From: the human T2T-CHM13v2.0 reference genome, Homo sapiens
Length of the DNA stretch: 64,000 nucleotides
Reading direction: 5' to 3' (one strand)
NCBI RefSeq assembly: GCF_009914755.1
Contig: NC_060928.1
In this document: positions 13,646 through 25,839 of the stretch, one piece after another
Numbering within the stretch: the first letter of the stretch is position 1
Layout: every line of letters begins with the position of its first letter
Position numbers and translations under genes: made by a program
Notes under the pieces: generated by a model
Database searches by the model: none
Told to the model about the DNA's origin: nothing
The model's input: the letters and a program-made list of their open reading frames with translations, nothing else

Positions 13646-14099
13646 TTTCAGGGGCGTCCATGTGAAGAGACCACCAAACAGGCTTTGTGTGAGCAATAAA
13701 GCTGTTTATTTCACCTGGGTGCAGGTGGGCTGAATCCGAAAAGACAGTCAGCGAAGGGAGATAGGGGTGGGGCCATTTTATAAGATTTGGGCAGGTAAAG
13801 GAAAATTACAGTCAAAAGGGGTTTGTTCTCTGGTGGGCAGGAGTAGGGGGTCACAAGGTGCTCAGTGGGGGAGCTTTTTGAGTCAGGATGAGCCAGGAAA
13901 AAGACTTTGACAAGGTAATGTCATCACTTAAGGCAAGGACCGGCCATTTACACTTCTTTTGTGGTGGAATGTCATCAGTTAAGGCGGGGCAGGGCAATTT
14001 CACTTATTTTGTGATTCTTCAGTTACTTCAGGCCATCTGGGCATATACGTGCAAGTCACAGGGGATGCGATGGCTTGGCTTGGGCTCAGAGGCCTGACA
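13646..14099 (-). mobile_element. HERV-H 3' LTR (LTR7), 454 bp
   Basis: Minus strand begins tgtcaggcctctgagcccaagccaagcc; contains TATA (tataaaa) and AATAAA; preceded by polypurine tract aagaaggcaggaa (~14100-14112). Confidence 0.97.
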
Positions 14100-14934
14100 T
14101 TCCTGCCTTCTTATATTAATAAGAAAAATAAAACAAAATAGTGTTGAAGTGTGGGGGGTGGCGAAAATTTTGGGGGGATGGTATGGAGAGAGAGAATGGG
14201 CGATGTTTCTCAGGGCTGCTTTGAGCGGGGTTAGGGGTGGCGTGGGAACCTAGAGTGGGAGAGATTAAGCTGAAGGAAGATTTTGTGGTGAGGGGTGATA
14301 TTGTGGGATTGTTAGAAGAAACATTTGCCGTGTAGAATTATTGGTGATGGCCTGGATATGGTTTTGTATGAATTGAAAAACTAAAAAATGGAATAAGAGA
14401 AGGAGAAAAACAGGTATAAAAGGTCTAAGAATTGGAGGACCCAGGACATCTGATTAGAGAGTGCCTAAGGAGATTCAGCGTAGTCCTGCCAGCAAAGATT
14501 ATTTACTTCAAGAGTTTAGAGTGGCAGTTTGGGGATAGCACCAGGAGATATCAGCTGTGATGGCTTGGAGAAACAGTGTAAACCGGCAGTGTAAACAAGA
14601 GCAGGGCATGTATGAGTAGTTGAGAACGGTGAATAGGAGTATGACTGGACAGAAGATAGTAGGGATGACAAATTTTTGGGGGCACAGTCTAAGTTGGTCT
14701 GGTGTCTGGAATGAGACTGGGGCCTAATAAAAAGGAGCATCTATACAGGAGCTCAAATGGGCTGTACCTTGTAGCATTCTGAGGACAGGCCTGAATTCTG
14801 AGAAGGGAAAGTGGTAAAAGTATTGTCCAGTCCTTTTTAAGTTAGTGGCTGACCTTGGTGAGGTGTGTTTTTAAGAGACCATTAGTCTGTTCTACTTTTC
14901 CTGAAGACTGAGGACTGTAAGAGATATAAAGGTT

Positions 14935-17038
14935 TCACTGAATACTAAGAGCCTGAAAAACTGCTTGGCTGATTTGACTAATAGAGGCTGGTCTGTTATC
15001 AGACTGTATAGAGGTGGAAAGGCTAAACTGAGGAATTATGTCTGACAGAAGGGAAGAAATGACTGTGGTGGCCTTCTCAGACCCTGTAGGAAAGGCCTCT
15101 ACCCATCCAGTGAAAGTATCTACCCAGACTAAGAGATATTTTAGTTTTCTGACTCGAGGCATGTGAGTAAAGTCAATTTGCCAGTCCTGGGCAGGGGCAA
15201 ATCCCAGAGCTGATGTGTAGGAAAGGGAGGAGGCCCGAACAATCCCTGAGGGGTAGTAGAATAGCAGATGGCACACTGAGAAGTGATCTCCTTGAGGATA
15301 GATTTCCATGATGGAAAGGAAATGAGAGGTTCTAAGAGACGGGCTAGTGGCTTGTAACCTACATGGAAGAGGTAATGAAATGACGACAGAATAGAGTGGG
15401 CCTGTGAGGCTGGAAGGAGATATTTTCCTTGGTCTAAGAACCATTTGCCTTGTGTGGGAAGAGATTGATAGGTGGAAGTTTCAGCAGGGGAGTAGGTGGA
15501 AGTGACCGATGTGAAGGAGAAAAACTGGCCGTGAGGGACAGAAGTTGGAGAGCTAGCTGCTTGTCTAGCCACCTTATCAGCATAAGCGTTGCCTAGAGCA
15601 ATGGGATCTGACGCCTTTTGACGCCCCTTGCAGTGAATGACCCCAGCTTCCTTTGTAAGTAAAGCGGGCTTGAGTAGAGTTTTTATTAAAGAGGCATTAA
15701 TGATGGAGGACCCTTTTGTAGTGAGAAAACCTCTTTCAGCTCATACGACCGCATGGTGGTGCAGAATATGAAAGGCATATTTAGAATCAGTATAGATATC
15801 GATGCGTAGTCCTTTTGCAAGAGTGAGGGCTTGAGTTAAGGCAACTAGTTCAGCTGGCTGAGGGGTAGTGGAGGGGGTCAGAGTGGTAGCCTCAATGATA
15901 GATGTGGAAGATACTATAGCATAGCCTGCCTTTGCTGGTGAGTGGCGATTAGTCCTGGTGGAACTGCCATCAATAAACCAAGTGTGATCACGGTGAGAAA
16001 CAGGGAAGAAGGAAATGTGGGGAAATGGGGTGAACGTCAGGTGGATCAGAGAGATGCAGTCATGAGGGTCAGGTGTGGTATCCAGAATAATGTGAGAGGC
16101 CGGATTGAAGTCTGGGCCAGGAACAACAGTAACTGTGGGAGACTCAACAAAGAGTGAGTACAGCTGAAGGAGCCGGGAAGCAGAAAGTATATGCGTCAGG
16201 TATGAGGAAGAAAATAGATTTTGGAAGTTATGAGAACTGTAGAGAGTGAGTTGAGCATCGTTTGTGATTTTGAGGGCCTCTAAAATTATTAAAGCAGTGG
16301 CAGCCGCTGCACACAGACATGAGGGCTAGGCTAAAACAGTAAGGTCAAGTTGTTTGGACAGAAAGGCTACAGGGTGCGGTCCTGGCTCTTGTGTAAGAAT
16401 TCTGACCACGCTAACCATGCCTAGGAAGGAAAGGAATTGTTGTTTTGTAGAAGTTGCTGGGGTTTGAGAGATCAGTCAGACACGATTGGCAGGGAGAGCA
16501 CGTGTGTTTTTATGCGAATTATGCCGAGATAGGTAACAGATGAGGAAGAAATTTGGGCTTGACTGAAGTAATGGGGGCTGTCTGTGAAGCTTTGCAGCAG
16601 TACAGCCTAGGTAATTTGCTGAGCTTGATGGGTGTCAGGGTCAGTCCAAGTGAAAGCAAAGAGAGGCTGGGAGGAAAGGTGCAAAGGAATAGTAAAGAAA
16701 GCATGTTTGAGATCTAGAACAGAATAATGGGTAGTAGAGGGAGGTATTGAGGATAGGAGAGTATATGGGTTTGGCCCCACAGGGTGGATAGGCAAAACAA
16801 TTTGGTTGGTAAGGGGCAGATCCTGAACTAACTTGTAAGGCTCATCTGGTTTTAGGACAGGTAAAATGGGGGAATTGTAAGGAGAGTTTATAGGCTTTAA
16901 AAGGCCATGCTGTAGCAGGCGAGTGATAGCAGGCTTTAATCTTTTTAAAGCATGCTGCGGGATGGTATATTGGCGTTGAGTGGGGTAAGGGTGATTAGGT
17001 TTTAATGAGATGGTAAGGGGTGCATGATCGGTCGCCAA
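14935..17038 (-). pseudogene. pol: HERV-H pol remnant (RT, RNase H, integrase)
   Basis: RT SPYNSPILPVLKP…VLDLKHAFF (16607-17038) with the YxDD segment deleted; RNase H IYTDSKYAF…HCKG…GNAYAD with an internal stop; integrase WQIDFTHMP…VDTFTGWVEAFP…SIQSDN; frameshifts. Confidence 0.92.
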
Positions 17039-17056
17039 GGAGGGAGTAGAGGTATC

Positions 17057-17416
17057 CTATACTTGTGGGTTAAGGTAGGAGGATACAAAAGGAGGATGTG
17101 AAGGAGGCTTTGAACTGCGGGAAAAGGTGGCAATGAGGTGTGGCTGTAGCCCAGGAATTGTCAGGGAAGCAGATAATTTAGTTAAAGTGTCTCGGCCTAA
17201 TAAGGGAACTGGGCAGGTGGGGATAATTAAAAAGGAGTGCTTAAAAGAGTATTGTCTAAATTGGCACCAGAGTTGGGGAGTTTTAAGAGGTTTAGAAGCC
17301 TGGCCGTCAATACCTACAACAGTTATGGAGGCAAGGGAAACAAGCCCTTGAAAATAAGGTAATGTGGAGTGAGTAGCCTCAGTATTGATTAAGAAGGGGA
17401 CAGACTTACCCTCCAC
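17057..17416 (-). pseudogene. pro: HERV-H protease remnant
   Basis: FLINTEATHS (catalytic DTG degraded) … CPVPLLGRD. Confidence 0.88.
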
Positions 17417-17482
17417 TGTGAGAGTTACCCGAAGCTCGGAGTCCGTGATGGTCTACGGGGCTTCTGAGGCAATCGGGCAGCG

Positions 17483-17833
17483 TCAGTCTTCAGCCGCTAA
17501 GCCAAGAAGATCTGGGAAGGAGTCAGTCAGAGAGCCTTGGGCCAGAGTTCCAGGGGCTCTGGGAGTGGCTGCCAGGTGATTTGGACAGTCTGATTTCCAG
17601 TGGGGTCCCGCACAGATGGGACGCAGCTTAGGAGGAATCCTGGGCTGCAGGCATTCCTTGGCCTGGTGGCCAGATTTCTGGTACTTGTAGCAAGCTCCTG
17701 GGGGACGAGGTTCTGGAGGAATGCCTGGCCACTGCGGTTCAGGCCTTTGGAAGTTCTTGTGTGCTGGAGATGTGGCTGGGATTTGTCTCACAGTGGAGGC
17801 AAGGTATTGCAACTTTTTTCTATTATTGTACAC
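17483..17833 (-). pseudogene. gag: HERV-H gag C-terminal (nucleocapsid) remnant
   Basis: Two degraded CCHC knuckles: CYKYQKSGHQAKEC and RPICAGPHWKSDC. Confidence 0.88.
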
Positions 17834-18774
17834 CTTGAAGGTGAGGTTAATTAAGTCCTGTTGTGGAGTTTGAGGGCTAGAATTTTTGGAGTTTTATTTA
17901 ATGTCGGGAGCAGATTGGGTAATGTATATTGAGAATAAGATGGCCTTTTGAATTTTTAGGGTCTAGGGCTGTAAAGCGTCTCAGGGTTGCTGCCGAACGA
18001 TCCATGAACTGGGCTGGGTTTTTTATATTTGATGTAAAAGAGTCTAAATGCTAACTGATTTGGGAGAGGTTGGATAAAGAAAAAGGAGTATTAACCTTGA
18101 CTATGCCTTTAGCTCCAGCCACCTTTTTAAGAGGAAATTGCTGGGCAGGTGGGGGAGGGCTAGTTGTGGAACCAAACTGTAAGCTGGACCAGGTGTGAGG
18201 AGGGGAGGTGATAAAAGGATTATAGGGTGGAGGAGCGGAGGCTGAGGAAGAATTGGGACCTAGCTCGGCCTGGCGAGGAGGGGAGAGGTCAGATGGGTCT
18301 GTAGAAAAGGAAGATTAGAAAGACTCAGCGGCGCTTGGGGTTGGGACTGAGGGGACAGGCAGGAGGGAAAGGAGGAAGATTTGGTATGAGTTGCATTGGG
18401 CACAGAGACTAGGAAGGGACCAATGTGTAAAAGAATGCCTGGACGTCAGGCACCTCAGACCGTTTGCCTATTTTATGACAACAATTATTTAGATCTTGCA
18501 GGATGGAAAAATTGAAAGTGCCATTTTCTGGCTATTTGGAACTACTGTCTGTATTGGGGTCAAGTGGCATTGCAGAAGAAAATAGGGCATTTAGGTTTTA
18601 GGTCAGGTGTGAGTTGAAGAGGTTTTAAGTTTTTGAGAACACAGGCTAAGGGAGAAGAAGAAGGAATGGAGGGTGGAAGGTTGCCTATAGTGAAGGAGCC
18701 AAGTTGAAAGAAAAGGGAGAGTAGAGACACAGAGGGAAGCTGTTCGGGGGTTCTTACCCTCCAGAAAAGCGGGA

Positions 18775-18940
18775 AAGGGGTCGAGGCACAGAGATATGAG
18801 GTTGGGGGTGCAGAAATAAGGGATCAGGGCACCGAGATATAAGAGGCTGGGGTGCGGAAATAAGGGATCGGGGCACAGAGATATAAGAGGTCGGGGCATG
18901 GAAATAAGGGATTGGAGCGCAGAGATATAAGGGGTTGGGG
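18775..18940 (-). repeat. HERV-H leader tandem repeats (~21-bp alternating units)
   Basis: Alternating ggggcacagagatataagagg / ggggtgcggaaataagggatc units. Confidence 0.75.
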
Positions 18941-19071
18941 TACTTGTCCCTCCCTCAGAAAAGCGGGACTTGCCTCTAAGGGTGAAGAAGAAGGGGTTGG
19001 GGGGTTTTTTGCCCCCCAGAAAGGCGGAGAAGGGGTAGAGACACGGAGATAAGGGGTTGGGGTACTTCCCC

Positions 19072-19080
19072 GCTTACCGG
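19072..19080 (-). promoter_or_regulatory. HERV-H leader splice donor (CCG|GTAAGC)
   Basis: Minus strand ccaatttcaaatccg|gtaagcgg, ~145 nt downstream of the 5' LTR. Confidence 0.75.
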
Positions 19081-19203
19081 ATTTGAAATTGGTGAGATGT
19101 TTCTTGGGCTAGTCTGTCTGAGAACCTGAGGTTGTAGGTGGATCTTTCTTACGGAACAAAGAACAGGAGGACAGGGGATTGATCTCCCAAGGGAGGTCCC
19201 CCG

Positions 19204-19221
19204 ATCCGAGTCACGGCACTA
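19204..19221 (-). other. Primer binding site, tRNA-His
   Basis: TAGTGCCGTGACTCGGAT versus canonical TGGTGCCGTGACTCGGAT, just downstream of the 5' LTR. Confidence 0.92.
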
Positions 19222-19223
19222 AA

Positions 19224-19676
19224 TTTCATGCGCGTCTGTGTGAAGAGACCACCAAACAGGCTTTGTATGAGCAATAAAGCTGTTTATTTCACCTGGGTAC
19301 AGGTGGGCTGAGTCTGAAAAGAGAGTCAGCTAAGGGAGATAGGGGTGGGGCCGTTTTATAAGATTTGGGCAGGTAAAGGAAAATTACAGTCAAAGGGGTT
19401 TTGTTCTCTGGCTGGCAGGAGTGGGGGTCGCAAGGTGCTCAGTGGGGGTGGTTTTTGAGCCAGGATGAGCCAGGAAAAAGACTTTGACAAGGTAATGTCA
19501 TCACTTAAGGCAAGGACCAGCCATTTACACTTCTTTTGTGGTGGAATGTCATCAGTTAAGGCGGGGCAGGGCATTTTCACTTCTTTTGTGATTCTTCAGT
19601 TACTTCAGGCCATCTGGGCATATACGTGCAAGTCACAGGGGATGCAATGGCTTGGCTTGGGCACAGAGGCCTGACA
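19224..19676 (-). mobile_element. HERV-H 5' LTR (LTR7), 453 bp; promoter pointing leftwards
   Basis: About 94-95% identical to 13646-14099 by manual alignment; adjacent to the PBS. Confidence 0.97.
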
Positions 19677-19854
19677 AAATGTATACTCTACTAAAATCAG
19701 TTCATTTAAATTCAGTACAGCAAACATTGATGGAGTACTTATAAAAGTAGGTTATTTGATGATAATCCATAATCCCCTCATATTAAAATAATCTATCTTC
19801 CATTTTTTTTCTCCAACCAAAGAAAAAAAAACCTAAGGTTGGTTTACTAAAAAC

Positions 19855-20070
19855 ATCTCATATTTGCTAAGTGCTTACTGGCTGCTAGGCATTTTTGTTA
19901 AGCACTTTGCTTGCCTTACCTCATTTAGTTTTCAGAATCCCAAGAGGAGTGTTTTATTAGTATTCTCATTTTGCAGACAGGAAAACTGAAAGAGATTTAG
20001 CAAAGACTCAATCACTCAAGCAGTTAGGAGCATAACTGTTGTTCAATCTTTGAGCTCTTTGATTCTAGGC
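19855..20070 (-). mobile_element. MIR fragment
   Basis: tcatttagttttcagaatcc…tattctcattttgcagacaggaaaactga. Confidence 0.55.
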
Positions 20071-20530
20071 ACTGACTTATATTTCCCCTAAATTAGTAAT
20101 TGCCAAATGTGGGTAAGCTTGTGATGTATTTGACATACTTGTTAAGGATGCAGATTCCTGCCTCTGCATGCATACACATAGTTCTAATACTATGGCTTAT
20201 TTATTGCATATTATAAACACATCCACGGATTGAGTTGCTCATCTGCTGTGAACTCAGTGAAGACTGAGGGTCAGAACCAAGACTTTTCGGAAATCTAATG
20301 GGGTACCCTCCTTTCCCAAGGTTGAGATAATTACACGAGTACAACAAACCTTATGCCTTTGAAGTATTGAGTGGTTAAACAAGTGTGACTAAAGAAATCA
20401 ACAAAATGCAATTGTGCTTATGTATCTCAAGAACAAGTGTTTCTTTAAGTACCCTTTAGCTACCACCCAACTCTTATTCCCATTAGTCAGTGAACTGCTA
20501 TGGGAAACTGCAATGAGAGTCATCCTAAGT

Positions 20531-20746
20531 CAGGGTTTCTCAACCTCAGCACACTGGTATTTTATGCCAGAGAAGTCATTATTTTGTGGGGCTGTTCTGT
20601 ACATCGTATGATGTTTAGCAGTATCCATCAGGCCTAACTACTAGAAGCTAGTAGCACATCCTCCGTGTTGTGAAATTAAAAAAAAAAATAGCCAACTTTG
20701 TCAAATGTCCCTTCAGGGGCAAATTATCCCTGTTTGAGAACCGCTG
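20531..20746 (-). mobile_element. MER20 hAT DNA transposon relic
   Basis: Inverted termini cagggtttctcaa … ttgagaaccgctg, 216 bp, MER20 internal motifs. Confidence 0.85.
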
Positions 20747-21619
20747 CTATATGATACGTTGGGAAACCGAGGACACTGGAGAGGTCATCAGTGGAAATTG
20801 TTGTTCCACATAACATTTCTTACTTTAAAAGGATCTGTAAAGAATACAGAATATCATATTTACAAATACAAACATTGATTTTTATAAAAGAGATTTCCAT
20901 GTGGATTCAATGGCTGATCCTCATCTCAGACTCCTTGAAAAGCCTTGCATTTAGGGACTTGGGGTAGAAAAACAACCCAATCAAGAAGGGAGAGAAGATC
21001 ATTCAGAAATGTAGGCTGAGACTCACAGCTTAGAATAGCTGTGCTGGTAAGGGAAGAATTTTAGGGACATAACTCCCAAAAGAGAGAAAGAAGAGGATAT
21101 GGGCCAGCCATGGCCCCAGGGAGAAGCAACAATTATTGACTAGCATCAGAGGCTCAAACTGAGGCAGGCTGACCTCTGGGAGTAAGGAGGGATGGAAGGT
21201 GAGTCAGTGGAGCAGGAGAGAAAACCAATTTGGGGAAGCTTTGCTTAGAAAGGAATGAAAGTTAGGGCCTGATAGGTAAAGCAGAAGAAAAGGAAAATTT
21301 AAATACTGTCTTCACAGAATGATTCCAGAACTTGACAGGCCAGATTGTAGCACAATTAAAGGTGTAAAAAGTTGTATGGCTAAAGGAATTTAACCACTTT
21401 GAAGTTTATACACCACACAAAGCAAAGAGAGGAGGTAATTGGCCAGAACTCTAGTTTTGGTTGTTTTAGAGCATGGAAAGAAAAACAGTCACAGGATGGA
21501 TCTTCCTTTCTTGCTGGCACTTCTTTGAGAAATCACAAGAAAGAAGAGGCCTTTCTAAGGCTTTGGAGAGCCAGATGGTTCTTTAAACATGGACTTTCCT
21601 CAGGCCTTTAGCCAGGGAA

Positions 21620-21835
21620 GTCCTGTGCTAGTAAAAATTTAACAACTGACTTTCTGGGACAAAACAAAACCCTCTAATTTGTGATGTTTACTGATCTCCA
21701 TGGTGTGAATACTTTCACATGGCTCATTTCTAGCTAACATCAAGAAGTCACTGAACAAGGAATTGGGAAGAGCTGCATTCAATTGGTCTTGCTTGCCTGT
21801 GTGACCCAGTGTGAGCTGGTTTCAGCACACCAGTG
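21620..21835. mobile_element. MER63-like hAT-Blackjack relic
   Basis: tgtgctagtaaaaatttaacaac … gagctggtttcagcacaccagtg. Confidence 0.65.
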
Positions 21836-21935
21836 TAGTCTTGGTCTCCTTTGTCATTTTTTTCTGAATGCCGTCTTTCCAGTATGCAGGCTTTGACTAA
21901 GCATTTAGGCAGAACTGAAACATTCAAATTAATGC

Positions 21936-22818
21936 CATTTCAGGTACCCACTGGTCTCAAGGTGGTAGTTTCTATCTTTGTGACTTGCCATCCATACCAC
22001 CCCTTTCGACGTACACTGCTTTCTAGCAGCAGAAAGCCAGCTTGAAACTTCTGTGACAAATGAGGTCCACCAAAAATTTTTAGAACAACAAAAAATAAAC
22101 TAGTAGGGAAAAAGTGGCCTAAATAAATGGGTCATGCAAGTAGAATTAAAATTGTAATTTTTGCTATTTGGTGATTTGGAGAAGACTTAGCTTTTATGCA
22201 TTTTGACAGAGTAGCAGCTGTTGTTATCTCTGTAACCGGGGTGTCAGAAGTAAAATGTCAAAGGTAGAGGCACTTCCTGCTTGGTTAGTCATCTGCATTT
22301 CCTGACAAAGGCCCAAGAGGAAATGGTTTCTATTCCTTGAGAAAGAAGCAAGGGAGGGGCAAGGACAGGAGTCCTGGCTGAATTCACTGTATCTAAAAGT
22401 CTTTCATTCTGCTGAATTTACATCATGAGACTGAGGCCTTGTAAAAGCTTCCTAACATAAGAAAAATGGTCTTGGATAAAACCTTCATGTTCCTTTGTCT
22501 TTTGTTTTTTGTGCATTACTAGGATTTCAGGAGTAAAATTTCATACACCAGTGTTATTAATTTAAGAATCCAAGTGGCCACACACATCATATAGTCTGAT
22601 TGTCCACTTCTGAAAACTTTTGGGGAGTATTTTTAAAATAATACATTTCAAGTACCCATTGTCTCAAGGTGGTACTTTCCATTTTTGTGTCTTTCCATAT
22701 ATAGTGCCCTTTAGAATATACAGGAATGGTACACTCCAGCAGCAGAAAGCCAACTTGAAACTCCTGGGTCACATACAGTCTATCAAAGATTTTTAGAACA
22801 AAAAAATAAACTAATAGG
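21936..22818. repeat. Old local duplication of a ~175-bp unique module (21936-22107 and 22644-22818)
   Basis: Shared blocks gtaccca..gtctcaaggtggta, agcagcagaaagcca.cttgaaact and atttttagaacaa..aaaataaacta.tagg. Confidence 0.85.
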
Positions 22819-25538
22819 AGTTAGTTTATTCCTATGCTATCAAAATATATTTAAAAATTAACAGTGAATAATGAAGAGGCAAAAACCTATAACATGAGAC
22901 ACACCTACACAATTTCGTCTTTTTCATTCTAGCATTTTTACTATTTTTTTCTACTATGTTGTTTTATCCCCCAAGTGTTTAGAACAGTGAAATGTGTTTC
23001 CAGTTTATATTCTCTTTATGAAAAACAGCATTACTGAATAGATGCCAATGAGAAAAATAAACTATTAATATACCCTCTCTTTTTACCTCTTGGTTCCCAA
23101 CTCCATAAATCAAAGATTTGAATACAGTCTGGTACAAGAAGTGAGAGTATTTAATTCCTAAATTTGAACTCAAGTAAAGGTGTGTGGGCTGGAGAGCTCT
23201 TTGGAAAGTGGGAGCAGACCTTTTTGTTTGTTTAACAACTGGATGATGTGGAGTTACCTCATTAGGCCCATGCAGGTTTAATGATGATTTACAGAGAATG
23301 CATTGGTAAGTCCCTGCAGAGGGCAAAAAAATGATTTTCCTTGACGATTTCTAAGACATTTGTATCCTCTTCTCCATAATTACCCCATTGGGTTTTGACT
23401 CTCTTAATAGCACAGGCATTTTCCTAAACATTTGCATTTTTTTCTGTTATTAATCCTCTTGCACAATGCTCAGTGATTTTTCTTGTTGGAGATCCTATTG
23501 CCAGTTTTCACTGGCTCTCACTCATACAGAGCTGGGGGTCATGAGATTTTTATCTTCTACCCCTTATAGCATCTATCCCAGTTGCTAAGAATGCCACTGA
23601 TAGCTGGCATTTTCAGGATTTGACAATCTACCTTGCCCTTTCACAAACATTTGCTAAGTTGTTCATCACCTCCCTGTGGAGGAAACAGGAGAGAATTTTA
23701 TTAGGTAGGGTAATACAAGGGGAATCCACATATTGGGAACAATATTGAGTAGCCAGGTTGAAGGTACAGGTCAATCAGCAGTTGTCTTAAAGCTTTCCTA
23801 GTATTCTGCTTGCTATTCCCACTCCTTTTGTTTATCTGAAAATATTTATTATCTGTTCAGACAGTGTAATTCACTGGGATGAAGCTCAACACAGGGAATC
23901 CCGCATGCCCTTTTCTCATAGAACATTTTAAAATTACCTTTGTAGTTGTGGTTTAGCAGGACAAAACTGGAACCATTCCCCATGTGTCATCTATGTCATC
24001 TTGGTTCTCCCCTTGCCTGTTGCTGCTAGAAAATGGGTCAGGTATTTATGGCTCAACATAGCATCCCTGGTGCCAGGATGATCCAGTTGGCCTAAGGCAG
24101 AAGGAAGCTCAAACAAAAAGGCAACATCACCAGATTGGTTCCGTGGGAGCATAAGCCTCTGAATTTGAGGTTCAGGTCACATTTCTTGGCATGATCTTCC
24201 AGTTTTATGTGCTAGCAGCAAGCAAGTGGGTTGTTAGAGTACTAGGACTGAAGTGGGCTAAAATAAAATTGGATTATGAAAGATATTCCAATGGTCAATG
24301 ACACTTATACATTTTCATGAAATAAAACAAACAACTTTCTCCTTTGAATTGAGGTAGAATCATTTCAACATCCACTCTCATGATCCATCCATGCATGAAG
24401 ATGTCAATTTTTTTCATATTCCACAAGACACTCACTCTCTTATCATTGGCAAATTCAGAGAGTGTTTACTAAAACCTATGTCTATTAGGGAGGCAGTGAG
24501 GGTGTTGAGGGATTCTGGTAATAGTAATGATGTTATTATTACAGCTCAACTGAGCCTCAGAGTGACTTTCCTGATGTTCACAATTGGTCAAGAGTAAAGA
24601 TAGAGTTTGAATCCAATTCTTTTGATATCAGGCCTCCTAACTTTGAATCCAATTTTCTGTCCTCTATGGAACTGTTGGTGCCTGCATATAGAGTATTCAA
24701 TAAAGGTTTGCTGAACTAGATTGAATAAAACTGAAGGCCAAAGGGAGTTTTAGCCCTGCCTTTCCAATGAAGGCAATTTCCTATTGACCAGACTCTCAGC
24801 TTTCTGTTCTGCCTCTGAGTTCATTTGATAAGAGACTTGATTTGGGCTTGTTTTAGCAGATAAGTTGAGTTAATATTTATTTTAGGAAAGTGGGATTAGT
24901 GAAGATAGGTAGGGAATGAATTATACATTCTCTGAGCAACTGAAGGTCATTAGGAAAACATGCAGCTGCCGGAGATTTCCGGGTAAGGCTTGCACAGTGG
25001 GGGCTGGAGGTGATTTCCAAATGTTGTGGTTTCTATTTATTGGAGTTACTTTGGAAGTGGTGAGCTGGGACAATTACGCTGTTAATTCAGATAAAAGGGA
25101 ACTTTTTAATAGAGAGAGTGACAAATCACTATGTAAATATGGAGAACGCAGCTTCCAAGACTGGCAGACAGTGCAAGGTATGGGGACGTGAGAATCATAG
25201 GATTTGAGTGTTTTGCTGACTCTGTATGAGTCAGAAACCAAAAGAGGGGCATGAAGTGAGAGAACCAACTCAACTAGCAAAAGAGACCCGGCAAGGGGAG
25301 CCATTCTAATGCAGAATCCAAAAAGTGTATACAACTCAGGGAGCGTTTAGAATAATGTTAGCACTAGAAATTTTTGTTTTGTTTTGTTTGAGAAGCAAAA
25401 AATATTGTGTAGACAGAAACTAAAGGTTGTTATTAGGCAATAATAATAGCTAGTAGATCATTCTTTATCCTCACATCTCATGTGCCAGGCACTGTGCTAT
25501 GTACTTTGCATTAATCTGCACGTTAAATCTTCACAGCA

Positions 25539-25839
<301 letters not shown>

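Larger units (their letters stand above)
13646..19676 (-). mobile_element. HERV-H provirus (deleted ~6-kb type) with two LTR7
   Basis: Paired LTRs (TGTCAGG…TGAAA on minus); 5-bp TSD aaatg at 13641-13645 and 19677-19681; His PBS; polypurine tract; gag/pro/pol remnants in the ORF track. Confidence 0.98.

Noticed and set aside
13888-14097. Twin 69-aa ORFs (also 19465-19674)
   Set aside because: Antisense translations of the two LTR7 copies.
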